A stretch of 61,089 nucleotides of DNA, filler included, from Globobulimina sp. (Eukaryota), in the NCBI GenBank assembly GCA_003354225.1. It is 9 parts of 9 records of this genome, joined end to end, with 100 filler letters (N's around TTAATTAATTAA, not from the genome) between each part and the next. Parts side by side here need not be neighbours in the genome. Positions count along the whole stretch, not along the records: positions 6,837 to 13,569 come from PIVH01000248.1; positions 13,670 to 20,401 come from PIVH01000249.1; positions 20,502 to 27,202 come from PIVH01000250.1; 6 more parts are not named here. One strand, given 5' to 3'. Below are positions 10,674-23,500 of the stretch, in pieces (position 1 is the stretch's first letter; each line of letters begins with the position of its first letter). A program made the position numbers and the translations under genes. The notes under the pieces were generated by a model that was not told where the DNA came from, searched no databases, and saw only the letters and a list, made by a program, of their open reading frames with translations.

Positions 10674-11795
10674 TCAAGATATCTTTCCTTTTTTTTTCTG
10701 ATTCATTTTCCGCAACAATTGAAACAATTTATTCATTGCATTTTTAAAACATTTGATATTATATTCAAGTAATCCTTTATTTTTTGGTTTTTTCATAATA
10801 CAAACGAGTGCCAAATGTTTACCAACTTGTCGCAATGCTAAAATTGATTCTTTATTGGTTGATTGTAATGTTATAAATGAACTCGATTCATTATCAAATG
10901 CGTTATTTGCATCAATTAAGTTTTGATTCATAATGTGATTTTGCTTGATTTCGTCATTATTTTGCGAGCCATAAATGCCAGAAACATCAACGGTTAAATC
11001 AATCATATCTGAACATAATGAGATGGTATCAGTTTCCATTAAATTTGCATCTGTGGCGATATAAATCTTACTGACAACATCAAAAATAAATGCCTTTTCA
11101 ATATCACATTTGGTCACAAACGAAGTTAATATATTTTTAAGAAAATCGAACACCGAAATTGGTAATAATTTTTGAACGATTTCAGACAATGATTCAAAAA
11201 TAGAATGATCATAAATTGAAGTTAAATAATATGAAATATTATCGTCGATATGATTTAATAAACCAATATTATCCAATCGCTGTGTGATATGCGATTCAAT
11301 CACTCTCCTTATTGCTAGTTTTGATTCTGATGTAAAAAACGCTTCTGCGTCGATCTTATTTATCAACATTTCATATTTAATATGTTTATTAATGGAATAA
11401 CTCATTTCAATCATTTTTAAAATATAATTTAATGCTTCTGTATAGGGCCTATCATGAGCATTAATTACAAATAATAAAACTGAACAGTATTTGAAAAAAT
11501 CTTGCGGTTTAAACTCGGAGTCATTAAAGTCAAAAGAACCGGGAAAGTCTAATATTTGAAATTTAATTAATTCATTATGGGATATCATACGATGATAGAT
11601 TTCTGATGTTGGTTGCAATGAATATAAAGTTTGATGTGGTTCCATTTTATGAAATACTACACGTTCAATTGAGGTTTTCCCGCCTTGACGCGCACCCATT
11701 AAAAATATTGAGGGTAAATCAGGTGATAATTGATTACCGCTAAATTCGTTAACGGTAGTGTATGAGGCATCGGTTGGTGACTCTGTGTACGCCAT
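10674..11795 (-). CDS. RRAGC: Rag GTPase of the RagC/D (Gtr2) type
   Basis: LMGARQGGKTSI..VVFHKMEPHQTL, DFPG, INKID, TSIYDHSIFESLS, FDVVSKIYIATD and LCSDMID are RagC/D hallmarks. Confidence 0.95.
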   Translation of the reverse strand: MAYTESPTDASYTTVNEFSGNQLSPDLPSIFLMGARQGGKTSIERVVFHKMEPHQTLYSLQPTSEIYHRMISHNELIKFQILDFPGSFDFNDSEFKPQDFFKYCSVLLFVINAHDRPYTEALNYILKMIEMSYSINKHIKYEMLINKIDAEAFFTSESKLAIRRVIESHITQRLDNIGLLNHIDDNISYYLTSIYDHSIFESLSEIVQKLLPISVFDFLKNILTSFVTKCDIEKAFIFDVVSKIYIATDANLMETDTISLCSDMIDLTVDVSGIYGSQNNDEIKQNHIMNQNLIDANNAFDNESSSFITLQSTNKESILALRQVGKHLALVCIMKKPKNKGLLEYNIKCFKNAMNKLFQLLRKMNQKKKGKIS

Positions 11796-11844
11796 TATTC
11801 AAAAACAAAACAAAATAAAGATCAACTTCACTTCACGAAAAAGC

Positions 11845-13344
11845 ATGGCTTCTCTGAAACCATGGACCAAATTCATTGCAGTGGTTATCTTGTTATCAAC
11901 AGTTTTCATCATGTACATGGTGATCTATATGGAAGAAGTTTCGCCATCCATTAATCCAAACAATACAGAAAATGTATGGACAATAAAACTGGATCTTAGC
12001 ATACAATCTCCACAAACTCATGCATATGAATATGAATTTAAACATAAAGGTCCTGCTAAAATACCACAGCCAACTCTTATAGTGGTGGGATCCGTTAGTT
12101 CTGGAACAACGACATTAAATACTATCCTTTTGTACCACTTTAAACATTTCTTTCATGGATTTAAAGATCTCCAAGATATGCATTATTGGATTAAGTGCCC
12201 ACCACTGGAATATATCAAATATGGCAAGATAACATCATTTGAACCTCTATTCGAGAAAATAAAAAAAAACCTATCCCTTCAATACAAATCTTGGAATGTT
12301 TCCTATGATAATTTACATCGGGGAGGGTGTCGAAAGAGGAACGATCCAAAGCATTATCAATGTAATGTGCAATGCACTCATAGTGATTATATGGAACATA
12401 TCGGATATCAATTTACTGATAGATTTGACCATATTTTTTTTACAGATTATTTGAAGGATCGTCATCCCGGTTATCCCAATGAATCTATATCATCGCAGTA
12501 TTATTATTGGGATAGAACATCTGGATATAACTCAGTGCCATATGTTCCTGTTACTTTATCTGTGCATTATCCACATTCTAAACTTATATATTTTGTTCGT
12601 GATCCAATGTCTCAGTATTATTCAAGGATTCGTTTATTTGATGAGACGACATTTTTAATGAAACCAATAGCTGAAAGAACAAATTTGAGCACAAATGAAG
12701 CGAATCATAGATATTCAAAATTATTGGAATGGTTTGAGTCTGACATATTTTCACATTTAATATCTTTATTAACTGCAGATAAACAAACAGATGATATTCA
12801 AAATGAAATTGTTTCATGGTACTCTGCTGTTTTTGTAATGAAACGTGGCTGGAGAGATCATAGAATATACGATATTTGTCCATATGTTAACATTTTATTA
12901 TATGTAAAAACTGCGGAACATTATAATAAATTGCATGGTATAAATAATTTTAAAATTATCCAATTTGAATGGGAGACTCTTCATTTATTGGATAGTTCAA
13001 TTTATTTATATTGTTGGAGTGTATTTGGATACACCGGTACTGATTTTGAAAATGTATGTTTTAAGAAATATTCAATGAATAATTATCAACATGTTGGAGA
13101 TATAATGTATGAATCAAATACTTTACGGCAAAATATTTTCGGTAAATTAAAAAGATATGAATGGGCTTTTACAAATATTACTATATTTGATAAATTACTA
13201 AATGTTTTTGAAATATGTGATATGCGATTAGTGGAACTAATTGATAAATATCCATCAATTGTTTTGGGGCACTTTGACATCACACTGTGGAATCAGTCAA
13301 GATTGAAATTACGTACTACAATGTTAGCTAAACAATCCACTTAA
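11845..13344 (+). CDS. Type II membrane sulfotransferase
   Basis: N-terminal TM helix; 5'-PSB-like LIVVGSVSSGTTTL and 3'-PB-like KLIYFVRDPMSQYYS. Confidence 0.75.
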   Translation: MASLKPWTKFIAVVILLSTVFIMYMVIYMEEVSPSINPNNTENVWTIKLDLSIQSPQTHAYEYEFKHKGPAKIPQPTLIVVGSVSSGTTTLNTILLYHFKHFFHGFKDLQDMHYWIKCPPLEYIKYGKITSFEPLFEKIKKNLSLQYKSWNVSYDNLHRGGCRKRNDPKHYQCNVQCTHSDYMEHIGYQFTDRFDHIFFTDYLKDRHPGYPNESISSQYYYWDRTSGYNSVPYVPVTLSVHYPHSKLIYFVRDPMSQYYSRIRLFDETTFLMKPIAERTNLSTNEANHRYSKLLEWFESDIFSHLISLLTADKQTDDIQNEIVSWYSAVFVMKRGWRDHRIYDICPYVNILLYVKTAEHYNKLHGINNFKIIQFEWETLHLLDSSIYLYCWSVFGYTGTDFENVCFKKYSMNNYQHVGDIMYESNTLRQNIFGKLKRYEWAFTNITIFDKLLNVFEICDMRLVELIDKYPSIVLGHFDITLWNQSRLKLRTTMLAKQST

Positions 13345-13569
13345 AATGTTTCAATATTATGATCATATTAATTATCTTGAAATTATTTGACTTTTTAGGT
13401 TCACATTTCTAAACACTTCTTTTGTGATTGACTAAGTTTTTTCAAGCTTTTTGCACCTAAGAAGTGTTTAGAAGAGTTTGTTGAAAAATAGTGGAATTTT
13501 TAGAACTCGATGCATAAACTTTTTTTTTCTGAGGGTAGAATTTCATTTAATACCTTATATTCATACAAT

Positions 13570-13669
13570 NNNNNNNNNNNNNNNNNNNNNNNNNNNNNNN
13601 NNNNNNNNNNNNNTTAATTAATTAANNNNNNNNNNNNNNNNNNNNNNNNNNNNNNNNNNNNNNNNNNNN
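13570..13669. other. Artificial contig spacer
   Basis: 44 N + TTAATTAATTAA + 44 N. Confidence 0.98.
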
Positions 13670-13685
13670 ATTTGCAGATTGAATA

Positions 13686-14650
13686 ATGAGAACTAACGTT
13701 GGAGGATATGACCACGTGGATTCAAACGCTTCTCCACAACGTAAATCCTTCTTGGATTATAGCTGGAAAGCATGTAAATTGTTTGGAATCCCCATACACA
13801 TTCATTACTTAATGCCATTATTCTTTGTATTATCATTTCTATTTTGGGCACGTATCATTGGCGAAGATTCTGAGCACTTTTTGTATTATTTCTTTTTAAT
13901 ATGTTTACAAAATGTTGTTTTATGGGAAACGGTTTTGATTCATGAACTGGGACATTGTTTGTCAGGTTGGTTAGTTGGCGGACATACTGAAAAAGTATTG
14001 TTATGGCCTTTGGGAGGATTAGCTTTTACAGCACCACCGTTGGCAACAAATGGTAGTTCCAACAGATGTGCACATATTATCATAGCATTAGGAGGGCCAT
14101 TCACACATATTCCACATATGCTGGTTTATGGAGGTATTTTATATTGGCTTGGACAGCATATTCATGCTGGCGTTTATGTTACAAATCCATTCATTACACA
14201 GGAAACATGGAATCAGGTTTGATATTAATTTTGTGTAAGATTGCATATAACATTACATACAGTATACTTTTTGCTGTGTTACAGACTATTTTTACTCCCA
14301 TTCAACATTGGATTGATTATGATTTTTTTATGTTGGCATTTACATTGAATTTCTGGTTATTTGTAGTCAATTTATTGTTGCCGGTATTTCCTTTGGATGG
14401 AAGTAAAATATTTGTGAATACGTTGAGGAATAATTTCAGTGCAACACAAACAGCGCAAATATATTGTGCAGTGAATGGTGTTTTATCTGTTGGATTTATA
14501 ATTGTTTCATATGTATGGCTCAAAAATGGTTCAATGTGTCAATTTGCTGGCTTGTGGGGAGTGTTTCAAGTATATACAATGGCACAGCACATTATCCAGG
14601 GACGGGAGCTCCAACACCCTCTGATATATCAAGCCGATAATAATATGTAA
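13686..14650 (+). CDS. Peptidase M50 (site-2 protease / SpoIVFB-like), two exons
   Basis: LIHELGH, LWPLGGLA, IALGGP and NLLLPVFPLDG; in-frame intron 14217-14284. Confidence 0.9.
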
Positions 14651-14752
14651 GCAGCCATGTTTTTTTTTTCTAAGCAACTAAATGATTCAACAAAACTAAA
14701 GAAACAATTTAAAAATTTACAAAATAAACTATTTGAATGTCTAAAATGTGTT

Positions 14753-15673
14753 TCAATTTCCTTCGTTATCCACTCTCAAAAGTTCTGGATTGAACGGATA
14801 AGCCGCACTCGCATTATCACATCGCGGTTGTTGCATCGCCTCCGGCGCAGAGGGTACCGGCACAGGAACGTTATAATTATAATGATTGCAATTCCTATCA
14901 ATGTCAGTGTTATTCAATAACCGTTGATTGTAGATATTCACGGGTCGCTTCATTTGTTTTTGTGCTTTATTTTTCACCGAATTCAATGAAGTTAATTGAT
15001 AAATTGTTCCCGATGGCAAACTAATAAATCTCTCATATTTTAATGTAACAACAATATTTGGATATTTATTTGTTAATTCATTCTTATTTTGTTTGGAACA
15101 ACAACAAAAAGATCGCTTTGCAATAAATGCGGCACATTCAAAACCATTGCAATTAAATGTTGCTTTATTTACATTTTTTAGCCTAAAAGACATATATTTT
15201 TTTAATATCATGTGATTATTTAAATAATTAAATCGTCTATGAATTCCATTATAAATTTTTATTCTCCACAAATTATCATAATTTATTTTCTCATTCGAAT
15301 ATTTGATAAATAATAATATGGATATTACCCATAGAACAAATAAAACGAGAGATGCTACATAATATGGCTTATAATCGTACGTCACCCCACTGCCAAAACT
15401 AATAATTGAGGATGGAAAACACGAACAAAATATCAACATACATACTATAGCGCAACGTTTGGATATTTTGCTGTTTTTTTTTAATTCAAATGAATCCATT
15501 GAAGCAACGCCATCCAATACATGTTGGATGCATTCTTTCCACGTGTTTTCATCAATTCTGCCGGTAAACTGCTCGGGAATTGATCTGTCGAAACGAAATC
15601 GATTTTTTTCAAATGAACATCCAATTGTAGTTTGGTTGGGATTCTGATTTTTTTTCGCAAAAAACGCGCCCAT
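14753..15673 (-). CDS. Two-TM membrane protein, possibly N-myristoylated
   Basis: 306-aa ORF with MGAFF start, two hydrophobic helices and a Pro-rich tail (PSAP). Confidence 0.65.
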   Translation of the reverse strand: MGAFFAKKNQNPNQTTIGCSFEKNRFRFDRSIPEQFTGRIDENTWKECIQHVLDGVASMDSFELKKNSKISKRCAIVCMLIFCSCFPSSIISFGSGVTYDYKPYYVASLVLFVLWVISILLFIKYSNEKINYDNLWRIKIYNGIHRRFNYLNNHMILKKYMSFRLKNVNKATFNCNGFECAAFIAKRSFCCCSKQNKNELTNKYPNIVVTLKYERFISLPSGTIYQLTSLNSVKNKAQKQMKRPVNIYNQRLLNNTDIDRNCNHYNYNVPVPVPSAPEAMQQPRCDNASAAYPFNPELLRVDNEGN

Positions 15674-15777
15674 TATTGCACAAATCTAGCTGGAAAAAAA
15701 CGTTGTCTTAATTCAAAACTTTAAGAAATCAATTTTTAGTTAATCTGTTGGTTGAAAAAATCGATAAAAAATATTAT

Positions 15778-17821
15778 TTAAAATTTAATAATAAAGATTA
15801 CAAAAGGCAAAAAATCAATTTTTAATTTTCCTAAACACATATCCTTGCTTACTGCCCATGATTTTATCTTTAACCATTTGTTCAAAACTATAAAATTCAT
15901 CACAGCATTTTTATCGTCCAATGCAATTTTCTGATCACCAATGGCACGCACTCCACTTAACAACATTTTATATTTTACATCTTCAAAATCTCGCTCATTT
16001 GCCATATTATACAACGTACACAGTAGCAATGAATATTCGTTTGAGAGCGAAACAAATTTCTGCATACAGCCACGAGTAAATATGTAAACAAACTCCAGTA
16101 TAACCTGCATTTGTGCTTTATTCAATTGATTGCCAACAATGTGATTCATTTTATCCCTACGCACACTCCATATTAACATAAGCGCAGTCCAGGGATATAT
16201 ATGATGCTTAGTGTCCGCTAAGACGTTGTAGATTCGCATAAATATATCATACACCCTCTCATTGTCCACTGCCGTCAGCGACCGTGTGTTTCGCGTTGCG
16301 TTGACTGCATCGACATCTTTATCCATTTTTAAATCCAATACATCACCAACGTCCATGCCCAATTCGTTGTTATCGCCACTCAAAAGCCAACTGTCCTGCG
16401 GTTGTTGCTTTTCTTTCCGTTCAATAACGGCGGATTTCGCCATTTCAGCGTGTACCGCAGCAATGTTATCTTCATCGCTGTCCTCATCCTCCTCAAAGTC
16501 TGGTACACTGTTTGTGTTCTCAGTAATATCTATTTTTTTAGATTTTGTATTTTCTGAATCTGACTCATATTCAATACCCAAGTCGTCCAATTCGTCAATG
16601 AATGCATCCAATTCCGCGGAGCCGAAAATAGAGACATTCCCAGAGCTCACTACGCGATTAAATTGGAATTCATTTTGTTTTAAACATTCGTTGAATGGGA
16701 ATACTTCGATAGCATCCTCTGAGAATGTGGTGGCATATTTTTTCGATTTCAATTTAATTTGAGCCTCCGCATCGGCCACAAGTTCTAAGCGTGCTTGCAA
16801 CTTAACAGCACCACGTTTGCCATCAATGCATTGCTGTATAATATACCAACATTGTTGCTCGATGTCTTTGTATGAATATTCATATTGATAGCTAGCAACA
16901 TTTCGATTGGTTGTGTTTAAAAACTGCAGCGCGAACTTCCTGGCTGCTTTCAAGTGTTTGGTTTGCACTGAATACAGGTAAAAAGGCCATACATTTTCTA
17001 TATTCCGATATTCCATTTCATAGCTTTTGCTATGCTCGCTTTTGTGTTCCTCGCTTTGTAAGCGATGCTTCATCGTAGCGAGGAATTGTATCCGTTCACT
17101 GATTTTGAGGAATCGTGCTCCAATGGCAGTGGTCCTGAATTCTTTGGGGAGACAAAAGTAGGTTTTTCTGTGCACAAAATGCATTTCTGCCTTATGGATA
17201 TCAGTGCAATGCGAAGAGAGAAATGTTTCGTATTCCTGATGTACTGCAGCAGAGTCTTGACCATACTCTGCGATTAATTTGGTGAATATTTTGCGTGCTT
17301 TCAATAAGTGGCCACACGCTGCTAAGGCTGAGCCGATTTTTAGTTGACCGTCCATGGTGACTTCATTTCCGTAAGTTAGTACTTCCTGCAGTCGAGTCAG
17401 CGCTTTCTGTATAGAATGTTGTTATATAGCGTAAGGATATAAAATATTATATATTTGTAATAACTAAGTGTTTGAGGATTGCATTGAAGGCATTGAGCCA
17501 GGATTTTTGTGTTGTTTCTGATTCAAAGCCAAATGTCCATTTGCTTTGTTTTTTGTGGCTAGTGATCACAATTTTAATTCGAAATCTATTTTGATACATT
17601 CTCGCATCTTGTATTTCTTCACCGCCTTGTAATTGAAATGATTCGTTTGGTTTTTTGTTCCTTGTATTGTCTTTTGATGGTTGTTTGCTGTATAGGCTGA
17701 CGATTCCGCTTTTTTTGACGATCATATAACGTCGACGGAAGGTACGAAGCACTCCTGATCCATTTTGTAATTCAATATGGCCTTCTTTAATGATGATGTC
17801 ATTGTCGATTTCATTCTGCAT
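15778..17821 (-). CDS. Two-exon PH-domain protein with helical/TPR-like C-terminal part
   Basis: PH signature IIKEGHI..FRRRYMIVK..SWLNAF in ORF 17447..17821, spliced in frame (intron about 17464-17409) to ORF 15778..17355. Confidence 0.7.
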
Positions 17822-17902
17822 TTTATTTTGAGTTTTGGGGCAGCTCGGGTTATGTAGATCGATTTTACATTAATGACAAACAATAATCAGACTAAAGTTT
17901 AA

Positions 17903-19697
17903 CTATCTATCATACCACCAATATAGTTTTGCATTGTTATTATTATTATCTATTCCGAGTCGTTTCCACTGTTTCTTCAAACCTTGTTTGGCCAATCTTT
18001 GATGTAATTTATCAAACCAAAACAACATATTCTCATCTGGTGGCAAAACATAATAATCATTTTTCCCAAACAATGCTGAACTCCGAGCATGATACATAAC
18101 TCCTTCGTTTGTGGCATTCAAAACATATCCATTCCTTTCAAATCCGGGATAAAAATAAGTTGGAAAATGTATCAAAATACTCCTCATTCTCAATGGTCGA
18201 ATCAACAGTTTTTTATTTTTTGGTTCTAAAGTACGAAATGAACATTGATAATGTGATAAAATTGAGATCATTTTAGAATGGTATTCATATTCCCCATGAC
18301 TTCCATACTTCAAATTGGTACAATTCAACAACAACTTTTGTACAAATCCAATGCTGTTTATATTTTGCCAACTTTTGCTTCTGTGCTGAATATCATTTAT
18401 TAATCCATTGATATCATAATATGGTGGTAAAGGCACCAAAAACTCATCAACATCATGAATGCTCATCCATTTTGTCATCGAGCCAAACCGTCCAATGCAT
18501 GAATTAAATCCGGCAATCTGCGGTCCCCATCGTCTCCATTGTGCCAAGCCATCGAAATATATATCACAGAGTGGAATTGGCCAGTAAATGTACGTCACGA
18601 TGTCGTCCAAAATATATGGCAGCAACACGCGATATAATGAGCTACATTCAGTACCATTACCATTGCAGTCATCCTGTGAGTTATCATAAATAAAGAAATG
18701 TTGAAAGCCAACCATTAAATGGAACTCAATCCATTCAATAACCCGATAAACTGCATCAGACACAGAGCTGTTAAACCTTGCATCCGTATAAGAGTCGCCT
18801 GTAACCATTGTGCACACAGATAAAGTGTAGGGATATAAAGTGTTATCATCCTCATATTTTTCAGAGTGTTTCTGCTCTCTAAAATCCATGCTGTCTATGA
18901 TACTTTTTACATTACAATAATATCGGAATTAATTCAAATATAAAAGCAGATAGCAAACTGAACTTATGTCGTATGAGTTGATTGTTGTTTTCATTGCCGA
19001 TGCTGTTGAGACAAACAGGTAAAAACACGGTGCTATTTGTCATGTCAGCTGAGTTGTATTGCGATGTATGATTGATATGAAGAGGTGCCACAGCTACATA
19101 TAACTGTGGTATGTACTGAGCGAATGTATTATTAATTGCTGCGATGAAATCAAAATCTGAATCTTTTGGTACTGGACAATCAACGAATAAATGCTGTGCA
19201 TGTACCTGTCGCTTTTGTGTGGTGCCATATTTGGTTATGTTCATATTGATAAATGTTTGCGTTTGGAGGTCATATTTGTAATACGTGCATGAATAATTTC
19301 TATTCCATATTTCATATTTATAATTTCTTTCACATAGAGATAAGCGCTCGTGTTGAATAGTAATATGTGATAAATCTGGCCATACCCAAATATCGCGCAC
19401 TTGTAACATATCATCTTGGTGATATGGTATTGGTTTTGCGTAATTATGCAGATAGCAGTCCATATATAATGGATAGGTAAAAGGTGGCAGATGTCTGTTG
19501 AACGCATTCCCGGTGTTATCATGTGGTATGTGTGCCGATTGGGAGTGATTTGGAGCAGTTTCTATGGATATTGAGACTAATTCTTGCGGTGTAAACACAG
19601 ATAGAAAATGGGTTTGGTATATTATAAAGATAAAGGAAAGAATGATAAATAGGATTATTAATGCTGTACATGAGAGTAATGGACAAATAATAGACAA
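17903..19697 (-). CDS. Glycosyltransferase family 92 (DUF23)-like type II membrane protein, two exons
   Basis: N-terminal TM helix; EWIEFHLMVGFQHFFIYDN, FNSCI and WMSIHDVDEFL. A GT-AG intron near 18960-18895 joins the two ORFs; the exact sites are ambiguous. Confidence 0.85.
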
Positions 19698-19805
19698 ATG
19701 TAATTATAATACCTGCATAACCTTTGAAACCAAGCTTGACAACACAAAAGTAGATAGGAATGAAAAACATTAAAAACCTTGTGTTGGTATATCATATGTT
19801 GAGTA

Positions 19806-20315
19806 ATGAGTATCATCGCAAAGCGCTGCAGTTTCAAACAACTTTCAAAATTGCCACATCGGTCGTCGCACTTTGTTGTGTCTTACATGTGTGGTCATAG
19901 AAGATTTAGTGGAGGTATTAATTGGCTTTGAACACTGAAACACTGAATCAGTTATCAACGATGTAATTGTTAATAAACAGATAATAATTCGAATGGACTC
20001 AATTCATGCATTACGGATTTGCAATCTGTATCACATGCTTTGTATCATAAAGCTGTAATGATGGATATTGTGGATGGAGACACATCCAAATCATTGATGG
20101 CTTTGTCACAAAAGATTGATCAAATTGTATTGAAATTGAATATCGAACAAAACAAAACTTGTATGATGGTGACATCGGGTGAGACTCAAAGTACTTTGAA
20201 TATACAGGAAGAGGATATATATGTTGCAACACAGGAAGAGGTGAATGAAATTAACAGAGAAATGGAAGATTTGTTTGGAACTCCAATGTCAAAAAATAAA
20301 ATAAAAATGGATTAA
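19806..20315 (+). CDS. Small two-exon protein with probable mitochondrial transit peptide
   Basis: MSIIAKRCSFKQLSKL...RRFSG spliced (intron 19915-19980) in frame to ORF 20019..20315. Confidence 0.55.
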
Positions 20316-20401
20316 GTTCGGAACTGTTCGGAACTGCATTATTTATTTTGGTCAACCCATACCTTAACGATATATTCAAAAAGATAACCCCACCCGGCCC
20401 T

Positions 20402-20501
20402 NNNNNNNNNNNNNNNNNNNNNNNNNNNNNNNNNNNNNNNNNNNNTTAATTAATTAANNNNNNNNNNNNNNNNNNNNNNNNNNNNNNNNNNNNNNNNNNN
20501 N
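20402..20501. other. Artificial contig spacer
   Basis: 44 N + TTAATTAATTAA + 44 N. Confidence 0.98.
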
Positions 20502-23500
20502 AATCGATTTACGTTTGTTGGCTTAATTTATGATTTTGGCAATGAAATTGATAAAGCTTTGGATCCAATGGTAACAATTTCCAATTCAAAATTCATTGAT
20601 AATAAAGGAGATAAAGGATCGGTTATCTCTGTGTTTTATAACAATAGCAATGAATCGTACTATGGCCCATCATATGTGATTGATAAATGCATATTTGATT
20701 CAAATGAGGCACGCGATGTTGGCGGAATAATATATATCGATGTAAATGATGAAAATTATGAAAAAGGATTGCAAATTACAAACAGCATAATTTCAAACAA
20801 TACCGCTGCAAATCATGGCGGCTGCATTTACAGCAAAGATTTTAACATTGATATTTCATTGAGTACATTTTCAGAGAACACAGCTAATATTTCAGGCGGT
20901 TCCATTGCAATAATGAGTGACAAATGTGATAATCAAACCGTATCATTGCGGATAGAAAAATCATCATTTATTGCTTCAACTGCAAGCATTGGTGGCGCCA
21001 TAATCATTGGCTGCGCAGAACTGTATATTGATCATATTGGCAATGATAATAATTTGACACAATTCATTGATAATGAAGCGAGTTATCGCGGAGGAAGTAT
21101 TCATGCGCATCATTCGTGCATATCATCCAATAAAAATGCAAAAATATTATTTGATTCTAATAAAGCCGGATATGGCGGAGATATATCATTTACCGCAGGT
21201 GTAGCTGATGGTGATTGCAATTCACAATTTGAGGCAACCACAACATTTCAAAATAGTACAGCATATTTTCATGGTGGTTCTTTACATATTTCTTATGCTC
21301 CGACGGATACTCATCATATATTCTCAGCATTACCCATTTATTTATCCATCTATAAGCCAACCTGGATAAATACAACCAGTAATTTGATAATTGATAATGC
21401 AGAATTTCTAAGCACGGAATGCTCAGAGTATGGATCCGCACTAACTGTCGAATATGAGACGTACGGAGATGATATTAATATTACTTCAGATGGGTTGCCA
21501 TTGTCAATTGAAATAAAAAATTCATTGTTTGATACAAATAAAATAACAAATACAAGTACTAGTTATGGAGGAAACGCAATCGCATTTTTCGGACATCACA
21601 GTAATGTATTTCATGAATTAATAATCAATCAATCTGAATTCACAAACAATGACTATCAGTTTGCAACAAGGTATGGTGGTCATATATGGATTGATCTCGA
21701 TATCTGTACAAATGATTTGGCTGCGTATATGCCAGACAATTGTCAATGCATTGATAGATTTAATAATTCCTATGATATTAATGTTGAGTTGGTCCAGTCT
21801 GAATTTTCAGTGTCCAGTGCTATGTATGGTGGTGCATTATATTCAAAATTACCAATTTTAATCAATTCAAATTTCAGTGATACCCAAGCCTCAGAGGGTG
21901 GAGCAGTTTATGTGGGCTGTGCTGATGCTGTAACATTGACAGGTTGTTATATCGAACATGCCGTCTCTTTAACTCATGGTGGTGGCGTATTATTAAATAA
22001 GTTACAAAATGTATCTATTAAATCAACTGTTTTTGATTCATGTTCTGCAGCATTTGCCGGAGGAGCTTTAGCATATTTTATGCATTCTGGTTATAATTCG
22101 AATATTCACATTGCAGATAACACGCAATTCAAATATTCACAGGCTGTGATGGGTGGCGCTTTATTTAGTTCGCAACATAGATTGCGTCGAATCACTGAAC
22201 GTAAACGTATTGCAATACGACCAAATGTCACTGGTTATGTGGAAGATTTCGATTTGGAGACTGTTGGCATTGAAACTTCGTTTGATACGCAATATATATT
22301 TGTGTTGTTAGAGCCAACCAATGAGACAATGGATTATTTATTATGGAGTGAAGATTATTTATGGAATGACAGTGTTATTACAATTACCAATGAAATATCC
22401 GCAACAAAATTAACCTTTTCTACAGTGGATGACAGCAGATTTATATCACCATTGTTTATCCCATTAACAACCACATCCAAAGCAAAAGACCGTGCCTGGC
22501 GAGTCTTAAATTCAATATCCTGGCAACTCCGAATGAATTTTGCTCCGTTTTGGGCGACATTAATTAATGGTGGCAATGTTACTGAATTACAGTTTGATAT
22601 CTCACTATTAAGCTATCCCTTTGTTTTTGGGGACACATTGCAAAACATTGTTGGTGCCTCATTGTTATTAAAATTAGAAAACGGCGTATCTTTTGATAAT
22701 AATTATGCAGCAGGTTTAGGTGCAGCCATTTATTTAAATGATGACTTATTTCCAGATTTTATTGTTGATTTGAATGAGGTTACATTTACAGGCAACGTAG
22801 CCTCCGGATTATCAGGCTTTGCTATAAATAGTTATGTTGCCGATCAAAGTGTCGATGTTAATAAACAAATACAAGCATCAAACGTGAAATTTAGCAAAAA
22901 TACTGCATACACATCCAGTGCTTGTCTCAGTGTCATTGCCACCAATTTGACTTGTAATCAATGTGAATTTTCTGAAAATACGGTAGCAACCTTCGGAGCT
23001 GCTTTATATGTGAAAAATGGCGAAATCCGTTTGTCAGCAAATTCAATTTCCGATAATAACAGTCCTTTGGGTGGTAATTTATTATTATTTAAATCCAAAT
23101 TATTTATTTCTGATACAATATTTGATGGAAATACAGCAATGTATGGCAATGGCGCAGGTATTTCGATTTATAATTTGAATGAATTAGTTTACGAAGAAAT
23201 GGTAGGAACACAAAATGCAGTGGGCATATTTGAGAATATTCGAGTTCCTGAATTAGTGTCAATATCAAATTGTGAATTTACAAATCATATCAGCAGAGAG
23301 GATGGAGCTGCCTTATTTATTTATTTAAGCGATGATTTGAATGTGTTGTTATCAGAGAATGTTCAAAGAAGACGTGCATTGCAAATGGAATCAGCCATAC
23401 CATATGAAATAAATCAGTATACCAACAGAAGACTGTTACAATTCAATTCAACCAATTTTAATACGACTAATTCCACAAATAACACAGTGCCAATAATTAG

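Noticed and set aside
18890-19010. Non-canonical GC-AG intron in the GT92 gene
   Set aside because: Frame-compatible GT donors exist nearby, so no unusual splicing is needed.
20316-20337. Short direct duplications (GTTCGGAACT x2; also CGGAGCTAGT x2 at about 50331-50360)
   Set aside because: Two-copy local slippage with no further structure.
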